Shown: positions 46,765 through 59,680 of the stretch, piece after piece
Layout: each line of letters starts with the position of its first letter
Position numbering within the stretch: position 1 is the first letter of the stretch
Made by a program: the position numbers and the translations under genes
Notes under the pieces: generated by a model
What the model saw: the letters and a program-made list of their open reading frames with translations, nothing else
What the model was told of the DNA's origin: nothing
The model's database searches: none
DNA from: Octopus bimaculoides
Taxonomy: Eukaryota
Assembly: GCF_001194135.2 (NCBI RefSeq)
Contig: NC_068995.1
Span: 44,483,755-44,547,754, forward strand
Reading direction: 5' to 3'
Length of the DNA stretch: 64,000 bases

Positions 46765-49700
46765 NNNNNNNNNNNNNNNNNNNNNNNNNNNNNNNNNNNN
46801 NNNNNNNNNNNNNNNNNNNNNNNNNNNNNNNNNNNNNNNNNNNNNNNNNNNNNNNNNNNNNNNNNNNNNNNNNNNNNNNNNNNNNNNNNNNNNNNNNNNN
46901 NNNNNNNNNNNNNNNNNNNNNNNNNNNNNNNNNNNNNNNNNNNNNNNNNNNNNNNNNNNNNNNNNNNNNNNNNNNNNNNNNNNNNNNNNNNNNNNNNNNN
47001 NNNNNNNNNNNNNNNNNNNNNNNNNNNNNNNNNNNNNNNNNNNNNNNNNNNNNNNNNNNNNNNNNNNNNNNNNNNNNNNNNNNNNNNNNNNNNNNNNNNN
47101 NNNNNNNNNNNNNNNNNNNNNNNNNNNNNNNNNNNNNNNNNNNNNNNNNNNNNNNNNNNNNNNNNNNNNNNNNNNNNNNNNNNNNNNNNNNNNNNNNNNN
47201 NNNNNNNNNNNNNNNNNNNNNNNNNNNNNNNNNNNNNNNNNNNNNNNNNNNNNNNNNNNNNNNNNNNNNNNNNNNNNNNNNNNNNNNNNNNNNNNNNNNN
47301 NNNNNNNNNNNNNNNNNNNNNNNNNNNNNNNNNNNNNNNNNNNNNNNNNNNNNNNNNNNNNNNNNNNNNNNNNNNNNNNNNNNNNNNNNNNNNNNNNNNN
47401 NNNNNNNNNNNNNNNNNNNNNNNNNNNNNNNNNNNNNNNNNNNNNNNNNNNNNNNNNNNNNNNNNNNNNNNNNNNNNNNNNNNNNNNNNNNNNNNNNNNN
47501 NNNNNNNNNNNNNNNNNNNNNNNNNNNNNNNNNNNNNNNNNNNNNNNNNNNNNNNNNNNNNNNNNNNNNNNNNNNNNNNNNNNNNNNNNNNNNNNNNNNN
47601 NNNNNNNNNNNNNNNNNNNNNNNNNNNNNNNNNNNNNNNNCACTCTAACCTCCCCGACCAAATCTGTTTAAATGTTTCGAACTGTGAACAGAATTTTTTT
47701 CCGAGATATAAACCATTTTTTTTTCATTAATACTTAAAATTATATTGAGTTACTTTCGACCCAAAGAAAACGTTCAGAAGAGTCACTGTTAAAATGTTTT
47801 TGGTAAACAAGTCTACTGTGCATATTTGTGTTTGCATATGTATTATATGAAAAGCATTGAGCTAAATAATTTTCGCACACAACTAATTTTAGCAATGCCA
47901 GTTTTACTTAGAACCAGGGCCTGATGTATGTATAAGCTAGGACCCAGCCCCGCCTCCTCAAGCATTGAAGTCTCCTAAAACTTGGAGTGAAAAATGTTTT
48001 TAAATCAAATGATTTATAATTTTTCTTATCCAGTAGAGTTTTTTAAATTATCGTGCCCTATTTTTAGTTTATTGATCCCGTTTATATTTAAAAAGCTATT
48101 AAGAATGATATACTTGTGATCCACCAAGGCCTTGGGTTTTGATTCAATAATTCTTACCACCCCCCCCTTTTTTTTTTTTGCTTATGGACTCCCCTTGATT
48201 CCTATTTTACTTGGGTGGACCCCCATAGCCATTTGATGTATTTTTATAATTCGCACAAAGTGCGACGGGCTGCGATTGTGGCTGTCAGGCACAGGTCCAC
48301 AGGCTACGATTGTGGCCCAGATAGATGCATTTAATTTAAGGGGGTTTGTTTAGGTCTAATATCCAAACGCTCCGATACCCCCCCCCCCCCNNNNNNNNNN
48401 NNNNNNNNNNNNNNNNNNNNNNNNNNNNNNNNNNNNNNNNNNNNNNNNNNNNNNNNNNNNNNNNNNNNNNNNNNNNNNNNNNNNNNNNNNNNNNNNNNCC
48501 CCGAATGCAGGAGGACTAATAGTTCAACTTATGACTTTTCACATGATATAAAACTTGCCACCATTATATACTAAGATGTGGCGATCTTACGGTATGAGTC
48601 CTAAATATCGGCCTTTTCCGTAAGAAGTGTCTTCGGCGATCTTTACCAAAGATCGGCCTTTTCCGTAACACGCGCATGATCTTCACTACGGGGTTAGGGT
48701 TTTAGTGTCAGGGTTAGATCGCCTAAGATGTTTTTTATGCGTGCATGGTAGTCTCATTTTTATAAAATGTCCTCAGCAGTCCATGCTATGTGGGTAATAT
48801 GATGTTAGGAATAATATAGAAATTTAAAATATTTTGTGTATTGTTGAGGTGTAAGCAATTTATTGCACAGATTTTTAAAAAATCTTATATGGACTCCCAA
48901 AGGTCATATAGACCCCGGTTGAGAACCACTGCGTTAGCCAAGCAAATGAATATGGCAACATTGTCAGAAACTGTCAGTGTTGACAGACATTGAAGTTATA
49001 GAATATGGAAAATTTAAAAAAAAAAAAACGAATTAAGAAAATTGATATGAAATTATAAGCGTTCTTTATAATTTACGTTATATTCAACGTTGTAAACATG
49101 TATACAGCTGAAAATGACAGGCAAAGTCTAAGGGTCCCCACTGGGTTTAAATCCGGCCCTGCTTATAACATTAGCAATATTAAACTAACAACTAATATTG
49201 GTTTAAAATTTTGACGCAAGACCGGTAATTTTGGGGGAGGTCGCAAGTCGATTACATTGACTCCAGTGTTCAACTGGTACTCATTTTTAATCGACCCCTG
49301 AAGGAGTGAAAGGCGAAGTCAACCTCGGCGGAATTTGAACTCGGAACGTAAAGATGGACGAAATGCCGCTAAGCGTTTTGTCCAACGCGCTAACAATTGT
49401 ACCAGCTCGCCGCCTTACTAACAATTCATATTAAAGGTGGGGCGAGTTGGCATTTCGTTTGTCCCGAGGTCGACTTCACCTTTTCGTGGGTCGATAAAAT
49501 AAATACCAGTTGAGCACTGGGGTCGATGTAATCGACTTATCTCTTCCCCTGAAATTGCTGGCCTTGTTCCAATATTTGAAACCAATAGTGTTAGTTGCGT
49601 GCGTTAAGTCGGTCAATAAGTCTTTTTGTAGAATATAGGAACATGTTCGTGCATGTTTGCTGAGTGTATATGTATGCATGTATGTATGTATGTATTGTTC

Positions 49701-51769
49701 GTTAATGGGAAGGAAACATCTTTCGTTGTGACACTCAATACATAAGGTTACAAGAGTGTTGTGTTTTTTTTTAATACTCTCTGAAAGAACACATTACGAC
49801 TGTTTGATAAAGTCGCTAGGTTGAAACAGCTGTAACGTACGTGGTCTCTTGAATGAAGAATAATTGTGTGTGTGTAAATAGAGGTGCAGGCATGGTTGTA
49901 CAGTTAGGAAATTTGCTTTCCAATCACTTTCTTGGTGTTCAGTTCCACTGTGCAGCACCAAGTGTCTATTGTAGCACCCAAACTGTCTAATATCTTGTAA
50001 GTGATTTTAATAGACGAAAACTGGAAGAAACGCATCGTATGTGTGTGTTTACATTCGCGCTCTATGAAAATGGCTAAACTTGGAGCAGAGTTGTTGCTTC
50101 TCATGACAGCGAATGCTCCGCTTGCTTGAGATAAGATTCCTTACTTGAAAAACACGTAAGAGTTCACGATAGGAAGAGTATCCGGTTGTAAAACATTGCT
50201 TCCATAGTATATAACTTGTGCTAGTGAGGAAAAATGATTATACAGAAGTGTACATACGACCGACTTTGTTTCTTCATAGTCTTCAGAAAAATAGTTATCT
50301 TTTAATGAAAATTTCTGCAAATACCTTTTAGATGGCATAGATTTCGATTATATCGGAATTTAATGTGTAAAAAAATAATTGGTGGATGCACATATATACA
50401 TACTGAAACATGTCATTTTTTTTTTTTTTTTTTTCCAAAATTCCAACCTTCCTTTTGTAGGTATATATGTGAATCAGTACGTATGTATGTGTGTGCCCAT
50501 CAACTTTTTATTTATTTTTTCCACTTGTAATCTACACCATTTATTTTCCTCAAAGTATGAGAAAGCAAAGTTGTTGTACACACACACGTGTGGGGAAAAC
50601 TGAGCAAGAGGTTCTTGGTGTACTCTACTTTAATTTCATGGTTGTGAAAGTTACTCTATAGGATAGATGGAGGTAATTGTCATTGTGTCTCTGTATTTGT
50701 GTCCTTCAGCAAGATACTCAATTCTCCTTATACTAAATTAGTCTATTATTAAAACTCTACAAGTTTGTATAGATACAGGAATCACACATGCACATTAAAA
50801 AAAAAACCCTTTCATTTGTGACTGTGTGGTAAGTAGTTTGCATCCCAACCACATGGTTTTGGATTCAATCCCACCGTGTGGCACCTTGAGCAAGTGTCTT
50901 CTGTAGCCTCAGCCCAACCAAAGCCTTGTAAGTGGATTTGGTAAATCAAAAGAAGCCCATTTGTGTGTGTGGTTGTCAAGTGGTAATGAGCGGGGCACAG
51001 ACACAGACAGTGTCGGTGTGCTTATGTCCCTGTAACTTAGCAGTTCAGCAAAGGAGACAAGGAGACTGATAGAATAAGTATGAAACTTAAATTAAAAAAA
51101 AAATGTACTGGGGCTGTTTCATTTGACTGAAAATTCTTCAAGGTAGTGCCCCAGCATGGCCACAATCAAATGACTGAAACCAGTCATATAAAAGATAAGA
51201 TGAAATTCACTTATCTTGATCTAAGTTTGATGGGATTGTTGTTACACAACTCATCTTTATTCCTTTCAACTGTTGCTATCTAAATTTTGTGATCCTGACC
51301 CCATTGATAGGATTACATACAAAGAATTCTCTACCTGGTTGCTCAGCCTGCTATAAATACTAGCTAAATGTTCCTCAGATGGCACCCTGCCATCTTAGAA
51401 AAGGTTATGCTGAATTCCCTGCACTTTGGAAGAAAGATGGAATGGTTTCAGAATACTTTTGGATTACAGCGGAACAATAGCATTTCTCTACCTAGCTGCT
51501 CCTCTTCCTCCACCCTATGAAAAAATATCCTCCATCTACTGGTGAACTTTATTCTGTTTCTTACTATACACCCCCAACCCCTCTGCTTCTTGATAAATAA
51601 AAATTTAAAAATCCAAACAATAAATAAACAATTGTAGTCTTTGGACTGATAGATGATAATGTGTTTATGTCACATGCATAGCACACACACACGCACACAC
51701 ACACACACACACGCACACACCACAGGGAGCACGAGTTCATTATATAATCGGTATTGGTAGAGACTGTTT

Positions 51770-52390
51770 TCTGTACGGTTATTCATCTTGTCTTGGTTTT
51801 TGCAAGCAAAGATTTACAAATGAGTCTGTCCACATCTGTTGCAAGCTTGTTGATTCCCAATTAGTCCAATTCAAAACGGACAGGCATGAGTGCAGGGTCT
51901 TCATGAGATGGCTGGTCATTAGAGAAGGTTGGTCATCAGGGTTGGTCATGGTATTCTTGTTTTTACTGAATTTTTCTCTTGTCTCCAAGGATGGTCGTGC
52001 AGTTACCTTCAGAGGAGTCCATTGCCTAGTGGACAGTGAAATGCCAGGCTTCATAGTCATTGGAAAGAACAGTCCATGGCAATGATGAACGTGGCAGGCA
52101 CAGGGAGATTTCTTTAAGGAATCCATGCACCTTTTCTTTGTTGCTCTTCTATCATGGTGACCAGGAGAGAGTTTTCCCGTACAGTGTGATCTTTTAAGTC
52201 AATTATCCTCCATCTTGGCGTTGTCCTGCTCGGTGTATCTGTTTTGTTATCAGAGTTGCTTTGATGTTAGTGACCTTCACTTTCTCTAGGATCTTGATGT
52301 TAGGAACATAGTTAATCCAGTGGGTGTCGAAGATGATGCACAGGTAGTGTTGATGAAATTGCTCAACAAGTTGTAGATAGTGCCAATGGA
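51770..52390 (-). mobile_element. RTE-clade LINE 3' end remnant
   Basis: Frameshifted R.EDN..KITLYG / MDSLKKS..ACH / EAWHFTVH / TTNPD / SCLS segments typical of RTE C-termini. Confidence 0.65.
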
Positions 52391-52689
52391 TAACCACTTT
52401 ACAAAGTACTGGTGCTATATTTTAATGTGGTATCAACACTAGGGAGGTTGTCATGTCCTCAGCTAGACTGAATAGGTCTCCTGATCCTATGTTGCCTCTG
52501 TTCATATGCCAATCACTTAACAGAACGTACTGGGTGCATTTTATTTTGGCCTTAGCACCAGAGGTTGCTCCATCTTCTGCTAGATGAAACCGTTTTCCCT
52601 GTTCTGATTATTTAAGGCAAATGTGACCAGTAGGATGATTATTGTTGTAATATTGCACCATTGTAATGATTTTTACTTCTAAATAGGAT

Positions 52690-54050
52690 CAGATTGGAAG
52701 TTGGCCTAACTGCATTTCTAGATCTCTTCATTCTGACCACTCAAATGGATATAAGTTCAGATCCCTGAAATCTGCTTTACCAAGATATTTTCTGAACGAT
52801 AGAGCTTTCACAAATATAAAACAAAATTTCTTGGTCCTGGCTCTTTAATAAACTGTTTTGAGTGTTTTTCAAGATTGTTATAACTGGTTATCCATAAGAA
52901 TTTCTTTACTTTTGGGTAGTACTTGAAACTTTCACTTATAATATTGTGTTGGAATATGTTGAGTTTACTGTCAAACATTGTCAACAGTTTTCTTAAAACT
53001 TTAATACTTTTTATTTGGATGCCATGAAAACTTCTATGAAACCAGAATTACTAAGTCAATCAATGATTTAACTGACTAAAGTAAAGCTCCATGATTTTCA
53101 TATCAAAAGTTTGAATCATTTCATCTCAAACAAATACTGTCAGTGTACTTTGTTGTATATAAGACTACTGTAAAAGAAAATTGATTTCTTGTTTGACATT
53201 AAGGACATCCAGCCATAGAAATCATGTCAAAGCAGACAGTGGAGCATAAGTTGTCATGTGACTCATAGGACCCTGACAAACCATCCAATCCATGACAGTA
53301 AGGAAGATGGACATTAAATGATGATGCAAATCCTGTCAGCTATCAAAATGGTTTTTTGTCACAACTCTAATCACATCCTCAAAATATTTAAACCTTTAGC
53401 TTTGAAACTGGCCAGATCTGGTCTCTTACACTTATCCTACATTGTTATTCTGAAAATAAACAATCTCATCATCGAAATTTTGAAGCTACAAGATAATGCA
53501 TGATTAATAGAATAAATATTAAATGTGAATAAATATTACATTTGACAAAATAATCTGAATGCTAAAGGTTTAAAGCATGTTCTTGCACACAGCATTTGTT
53601 GTGTAAAATTATGGATGATCAATGCATCTGTAATTTGCTTTACAAATTCAACATTTTGGCCTACCATATTAGCTGAGACTGTTTTAGATAAAAATGTCGT
53701 GTGAAACATTTCAACAATACTGCCTTTCTTGTTGTATTTTGAGGCATATTCTCTAACTGTAATTATCTCCTCATAAATAGGATGTCTGAAAATATCGGCC
53801 AATAATTAAAAGCAAACTCAAGTTAATATCACGATCTGATCTGGACAAAGAAAGTCACGGGAATTTAAGTGGTTTTCAAATTGACGTTGCATGTTGACAT
53901 TCATTTTCATAACTTTGTCTTGGATATTTCTGCGTATTGCTAACTCATTCATGCACAGTAATGACGAATTAAAGAAGCTTTTGTTAAATGTACACCATTT
54001 TTATCTCGTGACTGTCATAAGGCCACTATTATAAACTCACCATTACTTAG
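52690..54050 (-). pseudogene. Decayed hAT transposase (GTF2IRD2/ZBED5/Charlie-like), interrupted by a retroposon and a MITE
   Basis: Collinear fragments IQDKVMKMNVNMQRQFENHLNS, ANMVGQNVEFVKQITDA..LCA, DSKLNIFQHNIISESFKYYPKVKK and YPFE..LEMQL. Confidence 0.6.
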
Positions 54051-57000
54051 TGATTTTTTTTTTTTCCCCCATGGATGACAAACTCAGTGAAATACTAAAA
54101 GCTTGCAATTACTAAATGAAAAGTTCTCTAGGAGTGGTTTTCCTTTTTTTTTTTACATCCCAATTTCTTACAAATTTTTCCTTGCGTAAACAACTTCATC
54201 TCCCTTATTAACAATGTGATAGCTGACAGGATTTGCATCATCATCATTTAATGTCCATCTTCCATACTGTGGTTAGATTGGATGGTTTGACAGAATCCTA
54301 TGAGTCACATGACTACATTATGCTCCACTGTCTGTCTGCTTTGGCATGATTTCTACGGCTGGATGTCCTTGACGTCAAACAAGAAATCAATTTTAATTAT
54401 CTTGTTTTTTTAATTTGATTTTTCTGATTAACAGTTATGATTATGATTCATCATCATTTAATGCCCACTTTTCCATGCTTGCATGGATCAGACAGACTTT
54501 GTTGATGCAAATTTTTCTACAGCCAGATACCCTTTCTATCTCCAACTCTCACCTGTTTCCAGGTAAAGTAATGTTTCCCCCCAGTTAGACCTGTTTTACA
54601 CTGAAGACAAACAACCTCGCTTGTATGACAGTGATGCTCATTTGCAACCATTACATGATGTCGAGATAAGGGTACACATGCATCTATGATAGTCGCCTTT
54701 CAGTTTCTTATTTCTTTACTGCCCACAAGGGGCTACGCACAGAAGGGACAAACGGATTAAGTCGATTATATCGACCCCAGTGCATAACTGGTACTTATTT
54801 AATCGACCCCGAAAGGATGAAAGGCAAAGTCTGCCTCGGCGGAATTTGAACTCAGAACTTAGTGGCAGACGAAATACCGTTAAGCATTTTGCCCAGCGTG
54901 CTAACGTTTCTTATTTCTTTATTGCTCACTAGGGGCTAAACATAGAAGGGACAGACAAAGGTATTAAGTCGATTACATTGACCCCAGTGCGTAAGTGGTA
55001 CTTAATTCATCGACCCCGAAAGGATGAAAGGCAAAGTCGGCCTTGGCGGAATTTGAACTCAGAACGTAGCGGCAGACAAAATACCGCTAAGCATTTTGCC
55101 CAGCGTGCTCACGTTTCTGCCAGCTCACCCCCTTCAGTTTCTATTTACAAAATCCACTTGCAAGGCTTTGATCAGCTCAACTCTATAATTAAAGACTGTT
55201 GTCTAAAGTGCCACATGGTGGGATTGACCCTGAGACCACATGGTTAGGAAGCAACCTTCTTCACCACACAGCCATGCCTGTACCTATGATTGAATTCAGA
55301 AAGTGTGTGAAAGAATGGAAAAAAAAATCTTAGAATCGTACACTTGACACATTACATATTGTAGACTGAGTTAGCAGTTTAATTTGTAAGAATTTTTTTT
55401 TTAATTTATGGGTTGGAATATAGAATACTATTTCATTAGACATTGAAAAATAAAATTTTTTGACTGTTAAACATTTAAAAATTCTTTAAATTTTTGAACT
55501 TTCTATATCAATTTTTTTTTTTTTTTTTAAGTCCATGTGTCCACTAAAAATGTGCTACATTTTACTATTGACAGATATGGTATAGAGTCACCATCATTGG
55601 TGAGAAGTATTATGTTACGTGGTATATAGCTGGATAGTGAGGGTGTGTAGCTTAGTGATGTGGTTTCAATCCCTAGACCTGGCAGTGTGTTGTGTCTTTA
55701 AGCAAGGCACTTCATTTTACATTGCTTCAGTCTACTCACCTGAAAATAAGTACCAGCCGGGTGCTGATGCAGTTCTCTCCAGTTGTCACATCTTAGATAT
55801 TCTGTTGTGTGAAGTGACAACTGAGAAGCAGTGTTGAGCTGGAATATGGCCATTATCTAGACTTGTCCAAGAGATATGGTTCTTAATTATGTTGTTACTT
55901 TGCTACATTTTGTCATATCAGTCCTTCTTTTACAAGAGAGTACTTCACTGAAGTCCAGTGCCATTATAGTAATGGTTTCGTGGCATAGTTTAGACCTCCT
56001 TGGTCTAATGTTCCCTAAATAACACTTAAAGTAACAATTTCTCATAGCTGTTATCCTGTAAATATATCTGTTGTGATTATCTTGTGTTTTATCACACAAC
56101 ATTTTAATAGTCTTTAATTATCTTTAAATGACACATCAGTTTAATATTTAACATTCTATAATTAAATATGATTATCATTATCTTTTAATGCCTATTTTCC
56201 AGGCTGGCATGAGTCAACAATGTAACAATTAAATCCAATTAATTAATGATGGTTAAAGTTGCTGCTGTATTTTCATATCTCAGTGTTGGATATATAATTT
56301 AACAAAGCAGGGGGAGAAGAAAGCATTTATATCATGCAATATGATTACTATTACATGAGACTCAATGCTCACAGTGAACTGCTAGCCAATCCGAACTGCC
56401 AATCGCTCAAAGTTCTTTATTTTATAACAGTGAGTCAATCCACCTTTAGTCACTTGTGGGGGTGGTTGGAATGTTTATAATTGTTTATAATTTTGATAAC
56501 TATTGCTTTGAGTTTAAATTCTTCAAAGGTCAGCTCAGCATTTTTAGTAGATTTTGTGACCAGTTAGATAAATATCAGTTACATCAACAAGGTTCCTGTC
56601 TAAACATTAAAGACTAAAAAAAGTAGAAAGTATAACAATGCTGTTTGTTGCCATTCCTTTTGTTTTACAAGTTAGATTCTAATTGTCAATATTGAATCTT
56701 TGAACTTGAAAGAATTTTCATGTAAAATCTCTAAATTTTGAAGCAGTTGCAAAATTTATGCAAATTTGCAGATGTTAGAGCACCAGTTGCGTGCTCGTTG
56801 CATTTGTTGCAGCTCTTTGTGTTTTGAGATCAAATCCTGCCAAAAGACCACTTTCTTCCTTTTACAGTCAATAAAGAACCAGCCAAGGGCAGTAAAATGG
56901 TGGAATTGTTTTAGTATCAAGCGAAATGACTTGCAGGATTTGTTCCAGTTCTTGACATTGTGTTCAATTTCTGTCATTGGTACAACAACCTCATTTGGTA

Positions 57001-58249
57001 ATTAGGGCATAATTTGACTGAGCAAGAAGCGAGGGAAGCGGCAGAATTAGATCCGATTTCACAAAGTTATGACTTCAGGAGGAAATAACACTAGAGACAA
57101 GATGCTCAGCTGACTCTATTCATCATGACAGAACTTGGTGTTGCTTCTGCTATCATTACCATGGTATCAAGGTTTGAAGACAGGACTTGGCTTCGGGTGA
57201 TAAGCCTGTCCAATGTTTGACAAAACAGCATCTTGGTGGCATCAATAAAATAAGTGAATCCTGTCGAAAAGGAGATAAATTCTACACTAGAAAAATGAAA
57301 AGGTTTTTTTTACAAAATATTTTGTTACAGTTTACTTTTTATACTTTTAATAATTATGAGGTGGAAGGGCAAATGTCTTGAGTATGAGGAGTGGGGGAGA
57401 TACTGTAGGGTCATTGATTTCAGAGTTAGAAGGACTTTATATAGTGTAGATCGTTGCCAGTGCCCCTGGACTGGCTCTTGTGCGGGTGGCACATAAAATA
57501 CACCATTTGAGCGTGGCCATTGCCAGTACCGCCTGACTGGCCTCATGCGGGTAGCACGTAAAAGCACCCACTACACTCTCTGAGTGGTTGGCGTTAGGAA
57601 GGGCATCCAGCTGTAGAAACTCTGCCAAATCAGATTGGAGCCTGGTATAGCCATCCGGTTTCACCAGTCCTCAGTCGAATCGTCCAACCCATGCTAGCAT
57701 GGAAAGCGGACGTTAAACGATGAACAATGTTAATTTATAAAAACAAACAAGTTGATATACAATGGAGGTCATGAACCTGTGTGTGTATTAAGTCTTTCAG
57801 TTGAATTGATAACAGTTGCACATGCATATATTAATTAGGTTAATTGTTGATTGCAATTTGTGGTTTTATTGAAATTTGTTTCTAATCTTAAGTCTTTGTT
57901 GCCGTATCTACCCTTTCATGCCATTGGTTACAGTCAGTTGAAATGCTTGAGGTTTTTTTCTTTTTCTTCATTGGCATGCTAAAGTATGCACAAGCAATTA
58001 GTGGAAAGTAAATATAAGTATTGATAATATATCAAGTCACCGTTTTCATAAATTCTCTACTGATAGAGATTATTATCATCATCAAAACAGATAAAGTTTT
58101 CTCATTTAGCCATTTAGCATAGAGTATGAAACACTGTGATGGTGTAGTTGACAGACTTTGATATGTACTGGCTATATGCAACTAATGCAGTCTAAATTAG
58201 ATTTAGACATAGTTTCATTTTTTGAACTGAAATTTGTAAATGTGGGGGC

Positions 58250-58622
58250 AAGCGAAAACGAAATTATGATGGCACCTGTGCCCAGCGTCGCCTTCCTGGC
58301 ACTTGTGCCGGTGGCACCTGTAAACATTCGACCGAGATCGTTGCCAGTGCCGCTGGACTGGCTCCTGTGCAGGTGGCACGTAAAATAAACCGTTTTGAGC
58401 ATGGCCGTTGCCAGTACTGCCTGACTGATTTTCGTGCCGGTGACACATAAAAGCACCCACTACACTCTTGGAGTGGTTGGCGTTAGGAAGGGCATCCAGC
58501 TGTAGAAACTCTGCCAAATCAGATTGGAGCCTGGTGTAGCCATCTGGTTCACCAGTCCTCAATCAAATTGTCCAACCCATGCTAGCATGGAAAGCGGACG
58601 TTAAACGATGATGATGATGATG
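58250..58622 (+). mobile_element. (GAT)n-tailed retroposon family D. Other copies near 11116-11352(-), 12609-13000(-), 25795-26110(-), 57445-57722 and 63105-63452, plus many decayed fragments
   Basis: Near-identical copies with core GGTTGGCGTTAGGAAGGGCATCCAGCTGTAGAAA ending ...GGACGTTAAACGATGATGATG. These produce the recurrent LAEFLQLDALPNANHSES ORFs. Confidence 0.85.
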
Positions 58623-59435
58623 AAGAGTAATCTCTGTAATTGATAGATTTCATGGTGTGAGTGGCCTTGTTTCAGCTGTTTANNNNNNNNNNNNNNNNNN
58701 NNNNNNNNNNNNNNNNNNNNNNNNNNNNNNNNNNNNNNNNNNNNNNNNNNNNNNNNNNNNNNNNNNNNNNNNNNNNNNNNNNNNNNNNNNNNNNNNNNNN
58801 NNNNNNNNNNNNNNNNNNNNNNNNNNNNNNNNNNNNNNNNNNNNNNNNNNNNNNNNNNNNNNNNNNNNNNNNNNNNNNNNNNNNNNNNNNNNNNNNNNNN
58901 NNNNNNNNNNNNNNNNNNNNNNNNNNNNNNNNNNNNNNNNNNNNNNNNNNNNNNNNNNNNNNNNNNNNNNNNNNNNNNNNNNNNNNNNNNNNNNNNNNNN
59001 NNNNNNNNNNNNNNNNNNNNNNNNNNNNNNNNNNNNNNNNNNNNNNNNNNNNNNNNNNNNNNNNNNNNNNNNNNNNNNNNNNNNNNNNNNNNNNNNNNNN
59101 NNNNNNNNNNNNNNNNNNNNNNNNNNNNNNNNNNNNNNNNNNNNNNNNNNNNNNNNNNNNNNNNNNNNNNNNNNNNNNNNNNNNNNNNNNNNNNNNNNNN
59201 NNNNNNNNNNNNNNNNNNNNNNNNNNNNNNNNNNNNNNNNNNNNNNNNNNNNNNNNNNNNNNNNNNNNNNNNNNNNNNTAGGTGCAGCTATGATTGTGTG
59301 GTTAAGTTTGTTTCCCAACCACATGGTTTCAGGATCAGTCTGACTGTATGGAACCTTGAGCAAGTGTCTTTTACTATATCGCCAAACCAGTCAAAGCTTT
59401 GTAAGTGGGTCTGGTGGACAGAAACTGAAAAAAAG

Positions 59436-59680
59436 GCGGCGAGCTGGCAGAATCGATAGCACGCCGGGCGAAATGCTTAGTGGTATTTTCTCTGCCGTTA
59501 CGTTCTGAGTTCAAATTCCGCCGAGGTCGACTTTGCCTTTCATCCTTTCGGGGTCGATAAATTAAGTACCAGTTATGCACTGGGGGACGATGTAATTGAC
59601 TTAATCCCTTTGTCTGTCCTTGTTTGTCCCCTCTGTGTGTAGCCCCTTGTGGGCAATACAGAAATAAGAAACTGAAAAAA
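59436..59680 (+). mobile_element. tRNA-derived SINE family A. Other copies near 6875-7080, 13590-13790, 22860-23270, 24981-25113(-), 49196-49416(-), 49432-49587, 54700-54905(-) and 54910-55130(-)
   Basis: A box in GGCGAGCTGGCAG, B box GAGTTCAAATTCC, and conserved core GCCTTTCATCCTTTCGGGGTCGATAAA..GTACCAG repeated many times. Confidence 0.85.

Noticed and set aside
46579-47730. Long ORFs in the track (383, 332, 228 and 153 aa)
   Set aside because: Artefacts of N runs.
52688-52849. + strand exon-like frame DQIGSWPNC... that is phase-compatible with the 43867 exon
   Set aside because: The opposite strand is a recognisable hAT transposase relic, so the frame is probably an antisense coincidence.
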